Shown in pieces: positions 1-10,879 of a stretch of 64,000 nucleotides of DNA. The first letter of the stretch is position 1. Each line of letters starts with the position of its first letter. A program made the position numbers and the translations under genes. Source of the DNA: an uncultured Gemmataceae bacterium (GTDB lineage: Bacteria; Planctomycetota; Planctomycetia; Gemmatales; Gemmataceae). Under the pieces are notes generated by a model. It did no database searches and had not been told where the DNA came from. It saw only the letters and a list, made by a program, of their open reading frames with translations. Location of the stretch: assembly GCA_963750165.1 (NCBI GenBank), contig CAVVPN010000003.1, positions 1,952,001 to 2,016,000 of the forward strand, given 5' to 3'.

Positions 1-1536
1 CTGGACGTCTATGTGGACCTGGTGGAGCACCACCGGGGCGGTGGCATTGGCCACGAAGGCAAGACCTTCCGCTACGCGGATGCAGAAGGCAGGCCCAGCG
101 GCGGGCGCTTTCCCAAGGACACGTCCAGTTTCACTGGCGGCGACATCCCGCGCGAGCCGAGGATCATCGAGGATTTATCCTTCGGCTCCGTCCTGGCTCC
201 GGTCAACGGCAGGCCGCATGCCTACGTCTTCGGCGGACTACTTGCCAGCGCCGACTGGATGACGCGGGCCCTGGACATCCAGGGCTTTCGTCTGGACTTC
301 GTCAAGGGGATGTCCACGGACTTCGTCTTCCCCCTACTGCAACACGGCGCGCTTGAAGGCAAGTTCGGAGTGGCGGAATTCTTCGACGGTGACCTTGGCC
401 TGGTGCGCGATTGGGTTTCCAACCCCAGTGGCATGCGCGGCCGCGTCAGTGCCTTCGACTTCCCGCTCCGTGGCCTCCTTGTCCAGATGTGCAACAACGC
501 CGGCTCCTTTGACATGTCCCAGCTGGACCACGCGGGCCTGGCCGGGATCGACCCTCAGCACGCCGTCACCTTCGTGGAGAACCACGATACGGACACCGGG
601 CACGGGCCGATCTTCTGGAACAAGGCCCAGGCCTATGCGTATATCCTGACCTCCGAGGGTTATCCGTGCGTCTATTACAAGGATTACAGCACGGACCCTG
701 GTTGCTATGGGTTGAAAAAGGTCATCGACAACCTGGTCTGGATCCACGAGAAACTGGCGAACGGCCCGACCCAGCGGCGCTGGAAGGACTACGACGTGTA
801 CGCCTACGAGCGACTGGCCGGCGCCCATCTGCTGGTCGGTCTAAACAATCATGGTGAAGCGCAGCGATCTATCACGGTGGACACGGGCTTCGGGCCGAAT
901 GCGATACTGCACGACTACACGGGGCATGGCGGCGACGTGCGGACCGATGACCGCGGGCGCGTGACGATCACCATCCCCCGGAACGACAGCGGTCGGGGCT
1001 ACGTCTGCTATTCGCGGGCCGGGATCAGCGGGGACTTCGCCATCAAGGGCCACAGTGTCACCCAGGACTACGAAGGCGCCCTGGACCTGGACATCAAGCC
1101 TGCCGACAGCACGCGGTTCGTGCAGGTTTGTCGGGTGTGGGTGGCGCAGGACAAGCCCATTCGCGCATCGCTGCGTTACGACACGTCCTCCTGGGCGGAT
1201 GCAACGAGCATGGTTTTGGAACTGGCCGATCCAATGGGAAATCGGATCGCGAGCCGAACCTACACGCTGAAAGCACAGGGCGAGGCGCTGGATGCCACCG
1301 CCGCAACGCCGAGCTGGTATACGTTCCGTATTCGCTCGGTGAACCCTCCCGCTGCCAACCCGAAGACGAGTTACAAGCTGACCGTCACGTACCAGGCGCC
1401 TCAGCAAATGGTCGAGAGCAAGAACTCCGTCGAGTCGGAGTGCCACTCGGGTACGACACTGGAGAGCACACACGACGAACGCCAGGAGGCCGCGTCCTCC
1501 ACCCGGTCGAACGCTGAGCAGGCCACGGCCGTGTAG
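1..1536 (+). CDS. GH13 alpha-amylase family protein (5' end outside window)
   Basis: Frame open from base 1 (LDVYVDLVEHH, region I-like); GFRLDFVKG nucleophile, VAEFFD acid/base and FVENHDTD motifs. Confidence 0.9.
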   Translation: MDVYVDLVEHHRGGGIGHEGKTFRYADAEGRPSGGRFPKDTSSFTGGDIPREPRIIEDLSFGSVLAPVNGRPHAYVFGGLLASADWMTRALDIQGFRLDFVKGMSTDFVFPLLQHGALEGKFGVAEFFDGDLGLVRDWVSNPSGMRGRVSAFDFPLRGLLVQMCNNAGSFDMSQLDHAGLAGIDPQHAVTFVENHDTDTGHGPIFWNKAQAYAYILTSEGYPCVYYKDYSTDPGCYGLKKVIDNLVWIHEKLANGPTQRRWKDYDVYAYERLAGAHLLVGLNNHGEAQRSITVDTGFGPNAILHDYTGHGGDVRTDDRGRVTITIPRNDSGRGYVCYSRAGISGDFAIKGHSVTQDYEGALDLDIKPADSTRFVQVCRVWVAQDKPIRASLRYDTSSWADATSMVLELADPMGNRIASRTYTLKAQGEALDATAATPSWYTFRIRSVNPPAANPKTSYKLTVTYQAPQQMVESKNSVESECHSGTTLESTHDERQEAASSTRSNAEQATAV

Positions 1537-1644
1537 CGCAAACGAGACATGAAGGCAATTAGAGGAGAGCCAGGTTTTCATAGAATGGCAAGACCAAGCG
1601 GTTTCCAGGTCGCTCGGGTTCCCAAACACGAGGGGGCTTTGCCA

Positions 1645-2503
1645 ATGGCCGGACCGTTCCTGTTGAAGTTTGGGATTAGGCACGCCTGGAGGCCCCGAGT
1701 GTGCCAAATCGCTCTTTTCTGCATCAGTCTTTCCGCGGGATTGGCCGGTTTCGGATGCGAGTTCCCGGGCGGCGCGGAGAGCGTAGGAGAAGGTCCCGGT
1801 CACCGCGCAGACGTTGGCGTTGAGCCCCCAGCAGGAATTGGCGCTCGGCCGGCAGGCCTACAAGGAAGTCCTGAGCAACCCGAGAAAGTACGGGGCCGTG
1901 ATACCGGCTGACCGGCCCGAATGCCAGCGCGTCCGCGCGATCGCCCAGCGTATCATCCACGCGGCGGGTATCGAGCCTCTGCAGCGAGAAATCAACCTGC
2001 GGAAGGGCTACCGGTTCGAGTGGGAGATCAACGTGCTCGACAAGGATCAAGTCAACGCGTTCTGCTTGCCCGGCGGCAAGATGGTCGTCTTTCATGGGCT
2101 TCTTCGGGTGGTCCAGAACGATGACCAGCTGGCCACCGTGATTTCCCATGAGATCGCACACGCGCTGGCCCATCACTCCAGCGAGCGCGTTGCTCGCAAG
2201 GAAATGAACCAGGGGGGGCTCGGGGTCATCTGGAGCAAAGCCTACGATCGCAAGGAAGAATCGGAGGCGGACCACATCGGCTTGTTCTTGATGACCTTCG
2301 CGGGCTACGACCCTGATGAAGCGGTTCGTTTCTGGGAACGGATGCAACGGGCCACCGGCGACCAAAAGCGTCTTCCGGAGATCCTCTCCGATCACCCGAG
2401 CGACGCTCACCGCATTCAGGCGATGAAGGGCTGGGTTCCAAAAGCAAAGGCAGCCCGGCGGGCCTTCGACGAAGGGCGGATTGCACCGGCACCGGGCCGG
2501 TAA
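1645..2503 (+). CDS. M48 family zinc metallopeptidase, frameshift at ~1807
   Basis: VNAFCLPGGK, HEIAH, EADHIGL and LSDHPS motifs; N-terminal part (..GEGPGHR) is in another frame from QTLALSPQQE; start uncertain (1549 or 1645). Confidence 0.85.
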
Positions 2504-2569
2504 GCGATACCAGAGTTTGCGGAGGAAGCCGGGATCGAGTTCTTATTCCACGTCAAGGGAGAGTGTCCT

Positions 2570-2743
2570 ATGAGCACGGGTGGAGGTTTGGGCGGAGGGG
2601 GTTTCTTCGGGCAAGTGCAGGAGGGCATGCGGCCAGGGGGTCCTTACGGTGCCTGGCCCAGCTGCGGCTGTAGCAGTCTGTTTATTATCCTGGCCGGGAT
2701 CTTGCTGGTTTGCGGCGGCTTTCTCAGGATGTTTGGCCAATAG
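2570..2743 (+). CDS. small Gly-rich membrane protein (57 aa)
   Basis: AAGGGAG before ATG; MSTGGGLGGGGFFGQ...LFIILAGILLVCGGFLRMFGQ; too short for the ORF track. Confidence 0.65.
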   Translation: MSTGGGLGGGGFFGQVQEGMRPGGPYGAWPSCGCSSLFIILAGILLVCGGFLRMFGQ

Positions 2744-2830
2744 GTACGGGCGAGACGTTTCACCCGACGGGCCGGGAATCGGACAATGAATGGGGCCTCG
2801 AACTTTACACGTTCAGCGGGAGGGTCATCG

Positions 2831-3139
2831 ATGCGAGCACTTTGCGGGGCGATTATCACGGCCGGAGCCCTCATCGGGCTGGGCCTGACGGCCATGGCGT
2901 TTGGCACACGCTACGGGCAAACCGTCGGCCTTGATCGCAACAGCCAGGGGGAGATTATCCAGTTGCACCTGTCGCAGATGGATAAGCCGTTGGTTTTCAT
3001 TCTCGTGTTCTTGACGGCGACGGCAATCATCGGGCTCGGCATTGCCTTCCTGGGGCTGGCCTACCACCACCACCGCCGCCACCACGAGTTCCTCCGGGAA
3101 AAGGGGGCGGCCGCGAATGGGCAGCGCGTCACGGTCTGA
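2831..3139 (+). CDS. two-TM membrane protein with His/Arg-rich tail
   Basis: GGGAGG RBS, two hydrophobic segments, YHHHRRHHE. Confidence 0.7.
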   Translation: MRALCGAIITAGALIGLGLTAMAFGTRYGQTVGLDRNSQGEIIQLHLSQMDKPLVFILVFLTATAIIGLGIAFLGLAYHHHRRHHEFLREKGAAANGQRVTV

Positions 3140-3245
3140 GTAGGAGAACAATTGCGACCCTGACGCGACGACCGGGCAAGCGGCCGCCGCGGGGAGCGAC
3201 GCCGCGCCCGCGAGACACGAGGCAATTTCCAAGGAGAGCCAAGTC

Positions 3246-3647
3246 ATGCTGCACTTGAAAGAAATCGAACAGGCCATCCTTGCGAACGGGCGGGTCGATG
3301 GCCCCGAGCTAGAGGCGCTGCGCCGGCAGCTGTACGCCGCCGGCAAGATCGAACGACCGGAGGCCGACTTCCTCGTCGAGCTGCACAAACGGGTGCAACA
3401 CCGCACGCCGGCCTTCGAGCAGTTCTTCTACCAGGCCATCAAGGACCACATCCTGGCGGACGGCCGGATCGACGCCGAGGAAACCGCCTGGCTGCGGCGG
3501 ATGCTCTTCGCCGACGGCAAGATCGATGACGAAGAGCGCAAGTTCCTGCACGAACTCAAGGGCGAGGCCAGGCAGTTCGGCACGGAGTTTGAAGGGTTGT
3601 TCCACGAGTGCATGAAGCCGCCGCCGGAGCAGCGCACCTGTGGATAG
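3246..3647 (+). CDS. TerB-like protein
   Basis: Repeated ADGxID-E helical motifs; AAGGAG RBS. Confidence 0.75.
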   Translation: MLHLKEIEQAILANGRVDGPELEALRRQLYAAGKIERPEADFLVELHKRVQHRTPAFEQFFYQAIKDHILADGRIDAEETAWLRRMLFADGKIDDEERKFLHELKGEARQFGTEFEGLFHECMKPPPEQRTCG

Positions 3648-3711
3648 CGAGGCTGCCCCAGGCCCGGCGCCGGCATGACCTGACCGCTGTCTACTGGTAG
3701 AGAGGGTACGA

Positions 3712-4523
3712 ATGTCTCGAGTAAGCGGCAGATACATCCCTGTCAGTTATTTTCGGCGCCTGGTCACCGACCTGATGCATTTCAGCGCCAGGGTCCCCAG
3801 CGTGACCATCGAACGGCGCATGGACCTGGCCCGCCTCGTCGCGGCCCGGCAGGAGTGTACACCCCCACCTACCTGGTCGGCCATTTTCACCAAGGCGTAC
3901 GCCCTGGTGGCTGCTCGCACCCCGGTGCTGCGCACTTCGTATCTGACCTTCCCCTGGCCTCGGTTCTACGAACACTCCACCAACATCGCAACACTTAATA
4001 TCGATCGCCAGCTCGAGGACGAACGCGTCGTCCTCTATGCCCACATCAGCAGCCCGGAAAACTGCACCCTCCGGGAAATCGACGCGATCATCCACGACCA
4101 TCAGCACGAACCGCCGGGGAACATCCCGTCCTACCGCCGGGCCGTCCGCTTGAGCCGCGTCCCTTGGCCCTTCAGGCGACTGTTGTGGTGGGCCGGACTC
4201 AACATCCGCGGCCCGCTCCGCTGCCGTTTCTTTGGCACCTTCGGTATTACCTCCCTCGGCTCTCAGGGCGCCGGCATTACGCACCTGGTGCCGCTGCTGA
4301 CGTCCCAACTCCACTACGGCATGTTCGATCCAGCAGGGCGACTGGAGATGCGGCTGTCGTTCGATCACCGCGTTCTGGACGGGGTCACGGCTGCCCGGCG
4401 CTTGGCGATCTGGAAGGTGTTCTGCTTGGCGAGATCCTGCACGAATGCAGCGAGTCCGCAGGGACCGGAGCGCTTGCCGGGGCGGAAGTCCATCCGGCCC
4501 GCGCCACGGAACGCGGCCGGTAG
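3712..4523 (+). CDS. 2-oxoacid dehydrogenase E2-like acyltransferase catalytic domain, frameshift at ~4397
   Basis: GTFGITSLG and FDHRVLDG motifs; C-terminus ALGDLEGVLLGEI continues in another frame; no lipoyl domain. Confidence 0.75.
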
Positions 4524-4559
4524 CCTTCAAAAAGATTGCCATCGACGAGGAGATACCGT

Positions 4560-5255
4560 ATGCCCCAGACCCCTCACATCGAGAAGCACTTCACGTCATC
4601 GGAGACGGTCCGTGATGTCGTCATCGGCATGGCGGACGGCCTAACGGTGCCGTTCGCTCTCGCCGCCGGACTGTCGGGCGCCGTGGATTCTACGGCAGTG
4701 ATCATCACCGCGGGCCTCGCCGAAGTCGCGGCCGGAGCGATCGCGATGGGCCTGGGCGGCTACCTGGCAGCGCGAACCGATGCTGAACACTTTGCAGCAG
4801 AACAGGCTCGAGAAGAACGCGAAACCCATGAGATACCTGAAGCCGAAGCGGCCGAGGTTGCCCAGGTCTTCCGCGGTTACGGCCTCTCCGAGGCTACGGT
4901 GACCGCCGTGGTAGGCGCGATCCGTTCGGATCGCAAGCGCTGGGTGGATTTCATGATGAAGTTTGAACTCGGCATGGAAGAGCCGGACCCCCGCCGGGCC
5001 CGGAACAGTGCCCTCACGATTGCCCTGTCCTACGTGGCCGGGGGCCTGGTGCCTCTGGCTCCCTACTTCTTCTTGCGGTCGATTCATGTGGCTCTGTTGG
5101 GGTCCGTGATTGTCACCTTGCTCGCTTTGTTCTTGTTTGGCTTCATCAAGGGACGATTCACCACACATCGCCCGCTGCGCAGTGCCTGGCAAACCGTGCT
5201 GGTCGGCGGGCTCGCGGCTTCAGCGGCATTCGCCATCGCCAAACTCATTGGATGA
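4560..5255 (+). CDS. VIT1/CCC1 family Fe/Mn transporter
   Basis: RDVVIGMADGL, AGAIAMGLGGYL and MMKFELG motifs; GAGGAG RBS. Confidence 0.92.
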   Translation: MPQTPHIEKHFTSSETVRDVVIGMADGLTVPFALAAGLSGAVDSTAVIITAGLAEVAAGAIAMGLGGYLAARTDAEHFAAEQAREERETHEIPEAEAAEVAQVFRGYGLSEATVTAVVGAIRSDRKRWVDFMMKFELGMEEPDPRRARNSALTIALSYVAGGLVPLAPYFFLRSIHVALLGSVIVTLLALFLFGFIKGRFTTHRPLRSAWQTVLVGGLAASAAFAIAKLIG

Positions 5256-5313
5256 CCCCGCGGGCCTCCAGGAACCTTCTGCGTTGCTCTCCGGCAGTGA
5301 AACGAGGTGAATC

Positions 5314-7950
5314 ATGCCCGCCTTGCCTACTATTGTGCTTCCCAGGCGGATCCCGCCCCGGCCTGGCAAGCCGGCGTCGGCCATCCAGGTCTCGCCGCTG
5401 CTTCTCGAAGCCGCCGGGAGTGAAGCCGAAGAGGTCTTGCAGAAACTGCATACCTCGAAGGACGGCCTTTCGACCGCGGAGGCCGAGCAGCGCCGGCGTG
5501 AATACGGCCCCAACGTGGTGGCACAGGAAGATCGCCACCCGCGGATGCACCTGCTGGGCAAGGCCCTGATCAACCCCCTCGTGATCCTGCTGGTCGTGCT
5601 CGCGGCCTCCTCGTTTTTCACCGGCGACTACCGGGCCGGGAGCGTCATTCTTCTCATGGTGGTCCTCGGCGTCGTTCTGCGCTTCGTTCAGGAAGCCCGG
5701 GCCGATACCGCGGCCGCCAAGCTCCGGGCGATGATCAGCGTCCACGCGACCGTCCTCCGCGACGGCCGGGCGCAAGAAGAGCCGATCGGAAGCCTGGTCC
5801 CCGGCGACCTGGTGGAACTCTCGGCGGGGGACATGATTCCCGCCGACGTGCGGCTGATCTCGTGTAGGGACCTGTTCCTCACCCAGGCCAGCCTGACCGG
5901 GGAGGCGTTCCCCGTCGAGAAATTCGCCGCCCGGGAAGAGGCCGCCGGCCGATCGCCCCTGGAATGGACCAACGTCTGCTACCTGGGCACCAGCGTCGAG
6001 AGCGGGGCCGCCACGGCGGTCGTCGTCGCCACCGGTCTGAAAACCTATCTCGGCGGCATGTCCAGCGCCATCGTGGACCAGCACGCCGCCACCAGTTTCG
6101 ACAAGGGCATGAGCCGGTTCACCTGGCTGATGATTTACTTCATTCTCGTCATGGTCCCCCTGGTCCTTGTCATCAACGGGCTGACCAAGGGGGACTGGAA
6201 AGAAGCGTTCTTCTTCGCCATGGCGGTGGCGGTGGGGCTGACGCCGGAGATGCTGCCCATGATCGTGGCGGTCTGCCTCTCCAAGGGCGCGATGGCCATG
6301 TCCCGCAAAAAGGTGATTGTCAAGCGCCTGAACTCGATCCAGAACCTCGGCGCCATGGACGTCCTCTGCACGGACAAGACCGGCACGCTCACCATGGACC
6401 GGATCATTCTGGAGAAGCATTGTGACGTGGTCTTGAAAGAGGACGAAGAGGTGCTGGCACTGGCCTACCTCAACAGCCATTTCCAGACCGGCCTGAAGAA
6501 CGTGCTGGACCGGGCCATCCTGAAGCATACAGAGGTTCACGAGCACCCTGCTTTTCCGGAGTACGCCAAGGTCGATGAGATCCCCTTCGACTTTTCAAGG
6601 CGTTTGATGTCCGTCGTGGTCAAAACACCTGCCAACGCTCACCGCCTCATTTGTAAGGGCGCGCCGGAGGAGGTTTACAAGCGTTGCGGCAGCTTCGCAC
6701 TGGACGGCCAAATCCACCCGATGGAGCAGATGAGCCCCGCCGATCTGAAAGAGGAGTTTGACAAGCTCAGTTCCGACGGCTTCCGGGTCCTCGCGCTGGC
6801 GTACCGGGACCTGGAGCCCAAAGCAGCCTACTCCAAGGAAGACGAGCGCGACCTGATCTTACGCGGCTATGTGGCCTTCCTCGACCCACCCAAGGACACG
6901 GCCCGGTCAGCGATTGCCGCACTTCAGGGAGACGGCGTCTCGGTCAAGGTGCTCACGGGGGACAACGAGCTGGTGAGCCGCAAGATTTGCCGGGAGGTCG
7001 GCATCGCCACCGACCAGGTGCTGCTGGGCAGCCAGGTGGAGGGGATGTCCGACGCGGAACTGGCGGAGGCCGCCATCCAGGCGACCCTGTTCGCCCGATT
7101 GTCCCCGGCCCACAAGCAGCGCATAATCAAGATCCTGCAAGGCGCAAATCATGCCGTGGGGTTCATGGGCGACGGCATCAACGACGCGCCAGCCCTCCGC
7201 GCCGCCGACGTGGGGATTTCCGTGGATACGGCGGTCGATATCGCCAAGGAATCGGCGGATATCATCTTGCTGGAGAAAGACCTGCTGGTGCTGGAGCAAG
7301 GTGTTCGGGAAGGGCGGAAGGTCTTCGCCAACATCCTCAAATACATCCGGATGGGGGCCAGCTCCAACTTCGGCAACATGTTCAGCGTCCTGGGCGCCAG
7401 CATCTTCCTGCCGTTCGTACCGATGGCCCCGCTCCAGATCCTGACCAACAACCTGCTTTACGACTTCTCCCAGGTCCCCATCCCCACCGACGAAGTGGAC
7501 CCCGAACAAATCGCCCGGCCGCGCCCCTGGTCGATGAACGCCATCTCGCGGTTTATCCTGCTCATCGGCCCGTGCAGCTCGGTCTTCGATTACACCACTT
7601 TTTTCATCATGCTCTACGTCTTCGGTTGCTGGGACCCGGCTCGGGCGTCACTGTTCCAGACCGGCTGGTTCGTCGAGTCGCTCTTGACGCAGACCCTGAT
7701 CATTCACGTCATCCGGACAAACCGGATTCCCTTCCTCCAGAGCTGGGCGAGCTGGCCGCTGATCGTGACCACCGCGGTCATCATGGCATTCGGTGCCTGG
7801 TTGCCCTTCTCTCCCCTTGGGCCGGCGTTCGGATTCACCCCATTGCCGCCGCTCTATTGGCCGCTGATTGCCGTGACACTGCTGGGTTATGTCGTGCTGA
7901 CCCAGGTGGTGAAGACCTGGCTCTTTCGGAAGGGCTGGGTTTCCGAATAG
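5314..7950 (+). CDS. mgtA: magnesium-translocating P-type ATPase
   Basis: TGE, TPEMLP, DKTGT, GDGIND and ASSNFGN motifs of P3B ATPases. Confidence 0.95.
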   Translation: MPALPTIVLPRRIPPRPGKPASAIQVSPLLLEAAGSEAEEVLQKLHTSKDGLSTAEAEQRRREYGPNVVAQEDRHPRMHLLGKALINPLVILLVVLAASSFFTGDYRAGSVILLMVVLGVVLRFVQEARADTAAAKLRAMISVHATVLRDGRAQEEPIGSLVPGDLVELSAGDMIPADVRLISCRDLFLTQASLTGEAFPVEKFAAREEAAGRSPLEWTNVCYLGTSVESGAATAVVVATGLKTYLGGMSSAIVDQHAATSFDKGMSRFTWLMIYFILVMVPLVLVINGLTKGDWKEAFFFAMAVAVGLTPEMLPMIVAVCLSKGAMAMSRKKVIVKRLNSIQNLGAMDVLCTDKTGTLTMDRIILEKHCDVVLKEDEEVLALAYLNSHFQTGLKNVLDRAILKHTEVHEHPAFPEYAKVDEIPFDFSRRLMSVVVKTPANAHRLICKGAPEEVYKRCGSFALDGQIHPMEQMSPADLKEEFDKLSSDGFRVLALAYRDLEPKAAYSKEDERDLILRGYVAFLDPPKDTARSAIAALQGDGVSVKVLTGDNELVSRKICREVGIATDQVLLGSQVEGMSDAELAEAAIQATLFARLSPAHKQRIIKILQGANHAVGFMGDGINDAPALRAADVGISVDTAVDIAKESADIILLEKDLLVLEQGVREGRKVFANILKYIRMGASSNFGNMFSVLGASIFLPFVPMAPLQILTNNLLYDFSQVPIPTDEVDPEQIARPRPWSMNAISRFILLIGPCSSVFDYTTFFIMLYVFGCWDPARASLFQTGWFVESLLTQTLIIHVIRTNRIPFLQSWASWPLIVTTAVIMAFGAWLPFSPLGPAFGFTPLPPLYWPLIAVTLLGYVVLTQVVKTWLFRKGWVSE

Positions 7951-7986
7951 CATACATACACAACGCCCAGTTTGGAGGTCCCGAAC

Positions 7987-9516
7987 ATGAGTGTACCGAG
8001 AGAACAGCAACGGGCTTTGCTGCTGCGCGTGGCGCGGCAGGCGATGAGCGGGCGTGGCTTCGAGGCCGACTTCCCGGCCGCGGCGCTCGCCGCGGTACAG
8101 GGGCTCACGCCCCCGGTCGGCCCGTACGGCGCCGGGGTGCGCGACCTGCGGAACCTGCCGTGGTGCTCGATCGACAACATCGATTCGCGCGACCTCGATC
8201 AGCTCACCGTGGCCGAGGCGCTGGCTGGTGGCGGCACCAGGCTGCTGGTGGCGGTGGCCGACGTCAGCGCCGTGGTCGCGCCGGGCTCGGCGCTCGACAG
8301 GCATGCGGCTGTCAACACCACCTCGATCTACACCCCGCCGCAGAACTTTCCCATGTTGCCCGATCGGCTCAGCACGGACCTTACCTCCCTGGTCCGTGCC
8401 GAGGACCGGCTCGCCGTCGTGATCGATATGGTGATGGACGACGAGGGCGCGGGCGGAGCGTCGAGCGTCTACCTTGCGGTGGTACGCAACCAGGCCAAGC
8501 TCGCCTACCCGAGCGTGGGCGCATGGCTCGAGGGCGGGGGTGAAATGCCGGCGGCGGTCCAGGCGATCCCCGGACTGGCCGACAACCTCCAGCTCCAGGA
8601 CCGGGTGGCCCAGCGCCTCAAGGCCCGCCGTCACGAGCGCGGGGCGTTGGAACTCGAGACGGTCGAGGTCCGGACCCAGTTCGACGGCAATGCGGTGAGC
8701 GGGCTAACTGCCGAGAAACGCAATCGCGCCAAGGAGATCATCGAGGACTTCATGATCGCGGCCAACGGCGCGATCGCCCGCTTCCTTGAAGAGCGCCGTT
8801 TTCCGGTCTTGCGCCGCGTGGTGCGCTCGCCCGAGCGCTGGCAGCGCATCGTCGAGATCGCGCTCGGCCACGGGGAGAAACTGCCGCCCGCGCCCGACGC
8901 GAAGGCGCTGAACGACTTTCTCCTCAAGCAACGGTCGGCGGACCCGCTCCGCTTTGCCGACCTCTCGCTGTCAGTCATCAAGCTGCTCGGCCGGGGCGAA
9001 TACGCGGCCAGCTTCCCCGATCAGGCGGTAACCGGACATTTCGGCCTGGCCGTGAGCGAGTACACCCATTCGACCGCTCCCAACCGCCGCTACCCGGACC
9101 TCATCACGCAGCGGCTGCTCAAGGCGGCGCTGGCCGGGCGTGAAGTCCCTTACGCGCGCGACCAGCTCACCGCGCTGGCTGCCCACTGCACTCAGAAGGA
9201 GGACGACGCCCAGAAGGTCGAGCGGTTGATGCGCAAGGCCGCGGCGGCGTGCCTCCTCAGCGATCGGATCGGCCAGGAGTTCGACGGCATCGTCACCGGC
9301 GCATCACCCAAGGGAACGTGGGTGCGCGTCTTCGACCCACCCGTGGAGGGCCGCATCGAGCGGGGTGTGGAAGGGCTCGACGTCGGTGACCGGGTGCGAG
9401 TGAAACTCCTCCGCGCGGACCCGGAGCGCGGCTTCATCGACTTCGCCCGAAGTGGCCACAGCCGAGTCGGCCCCGGGAGCAGCGCCCAGACTGGTCCCGC
9501 AGCACAGCGACGGTAG
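7987..9516 (+). CDS. RNB-domain exoribonuclease (RNase II/R family) with C-terminal S1 domain
   Basis: SIDNIDSRDLDQ, IIEDFMIAAN, HFGLA and YTHSTAPNRRYPDL motifs. Confidence 0.9.
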   Translation: MSVPREQQRALLLRVARQAMSGRGFEADFPAAALAAVQGLTPPVGPYGAGVRDLRNLPWCSIDNIDSRDLDQLTVAEALAGGGTRLLVAVADVSAVVAPGSALDRHAAVNTTSIYTPPQNFPMLPDRLSTDLTSLVRAEDRLAVVIDMVMDDEGAGGASSVYLAVVRNQAKLAYPSVGAWLEGGGEMPAAVQAIPGLADNLQLQDRVAQRLKARRHERGALELETVEVRTQFDGNAVSGLTAEKRNRAKEIIEDFMIAANGAIARFLEERRFPVLRRVVRSPERWQRIVEIALGHGEKLPPAPDAKALNDFLLKQRSADPLRFADLSLSVIKLLGRGEYAASFPDQAVTGHFGLAVSEYTHSTAPNRRYPDLITQRLLKAALAGREVPYARDQLTALAAHCTQKEDDAQKVERLMRKAAAACLLSDRIGQEFDGIVTGASPKGTWVRVFDPPVEGRIERGVEGLDVGDRVRVKLLRADPERGFIDFARSGHSRVGPGSSAQTGPAAQRR

Positions 9517-9910
9517 TGCGGCCGCCTCGGCATCTCGACCCGGGCGCGGAACGGCGACGTCCAATGAGCCGGACACGACCTCATGGGGGTGTCAGCCGAA
9601 CTCCTCCGTTGCCACTCTCTTCCTCGGGGATCGTCATCCAGGCACGGCCCGAGTGAGGGCACTCTGGCGACCACGCTGCATGAGGACTTGTAGCCGGCCG
9701 ACGAGGGCAACAGCGAGGGACGTCCGTGGAGCCATACCCACGTCTGACTGCAAGTCAAGCACATGGGTGTGACCGCGACGGCCGTGGCATTGTTCTTCAC
9801 AGAAGTAGCCGCGGCACCCGCGGTGTGCGTTTTCGCCCACCACCGTTGGCCACTCCAGTGGGCGTAAGTCTGGCCAACGGGCATGCAGCGGTGACAGCAC
9901 GACGCAAGCC

Positions 9911-9938
9911 TTGACAGAACAATATCTTGTGACATTCT
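9911..9938 (+). promoter_or_regulatory. possible sigma70-type promoter upstream of DUF2294 gene
   Basis: TTGACA-N16-CATTCT in an AT-rich patch with TGACA/TGTCA repeats. Confidence 0.3.
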
Positions 9939-10123
9939 ATCTTGTTTGTCTGTCATTTGGCATGCGACGTGCCCACCAACAGTTGACAAGTGACAAGGAG
10001 CGACCGTCCCTGTGGATGTGTTACCGGCACGGAGATTACCTGATGACCCAGGTTGTATCACAACGTATAGCCTACCGCCCGTGTAGGCCTGCGACTGCGC
10101 ATTGGGACAGTTCTGAGGTCCCC

Positions 10124-10504
10124 ATGAAAACCCAGGGCGAGATCGAAGCCGCCATATGCGACGGGATCAGCCGCTTCCAGCAAGACTACATGGGCCGCGG
10201 CCCCAAAGACATCCGCGCCTACTTGATAGGTGACTTCCTCGTGGTCCGCCTCCGGGGCGTTCTGACCGTGCCCGAACAGCAACTGGGCAAGTCGCTGCCG
10301 GCCGAGAAGGGACGGGACCTGGTCAAACAGGTACGCACGCAGCTGATCGAACTGACGCGGCCGGTCCTGGAGGCGATGATCCAGGAGGTCACAGGCGTCA
10401 AGGTGGTGAGCCTGCACCACGACATCAGCACCGTGACTGGAGAAGAGGTCGTGGTCTTCACCCTGGCCCAGTCGCCTGATTACCGGCGGCCGAAGAAACA
10501 CTAG
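10124..10504 (+). CDS. DUF2294 (MpsC-like) family protein
   Basis: MKTQGEIEAAI...YMGRGP...SLHHDISTVTGE signature. Confidence 0.88.
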   Translation: MKTQGEIEAAICDGISRFQQDYMGRGPKDIRAYLIGDFLVVRLRGVLTVPEQQLGKSLPAEKGRDLVKQVRTQLIELTRPVLEAMIQEVTGVKVVSLHHDISTVTGEEVVVFTLAQSPDYRRPKKH

Positions 10505-10532
10505 GCATCGCCCCAAAGGGAGAGACCAGACC

Positions 10533-10817
10533 ATGTGGAACCTTCTCGTCTTCGCCGTCATCGGCGTGCTCACTGGCGCCGCTGCCCGGGTGTTGTACCC
10601 GGGACGGCAATCCATGCACATCCTGGGCACCATGCTCATTGGCATCATCGGCGCCGTGGCCGGCGGTGTGACTTCCTGGATTTGGTGGCCGGCCGTGGAG
10701 GGTGTCTTTCTTACCGGCAACCTCGTCCTGTCGCTCCTTGGGGCCACGATGGTGATTGTTCTGTGGGCCGGTGTCGTTTACAAGCGAAGCCTCCGAGGGG
10801 TGAGGAACTCGTCCTAA
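10533..10817 (+). CDS. GlsB/YeaQ/YmgE (transglycosylase-associated) stress membrane protein
   Basis: IGVLTGAAARVLYPG...GIIGAVAGG...SLLGA pattern. Confidence 0.85.
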   Translation: MWNLLVFAVIGVLTGAAARVLYPGRQSMHILGTMLIGIIGAVAGGVTSWIWWPAVEGVFLTGNLVLSLLGATMVIVLWAGVVYKRSLRGVRNSS

Positions 10818-10879
10818 TGACGAACGGGTTTAGTTCAGGGCCGAAATCGGCCTGGTTTTCGCCCAGGGAGGGAAAGATC

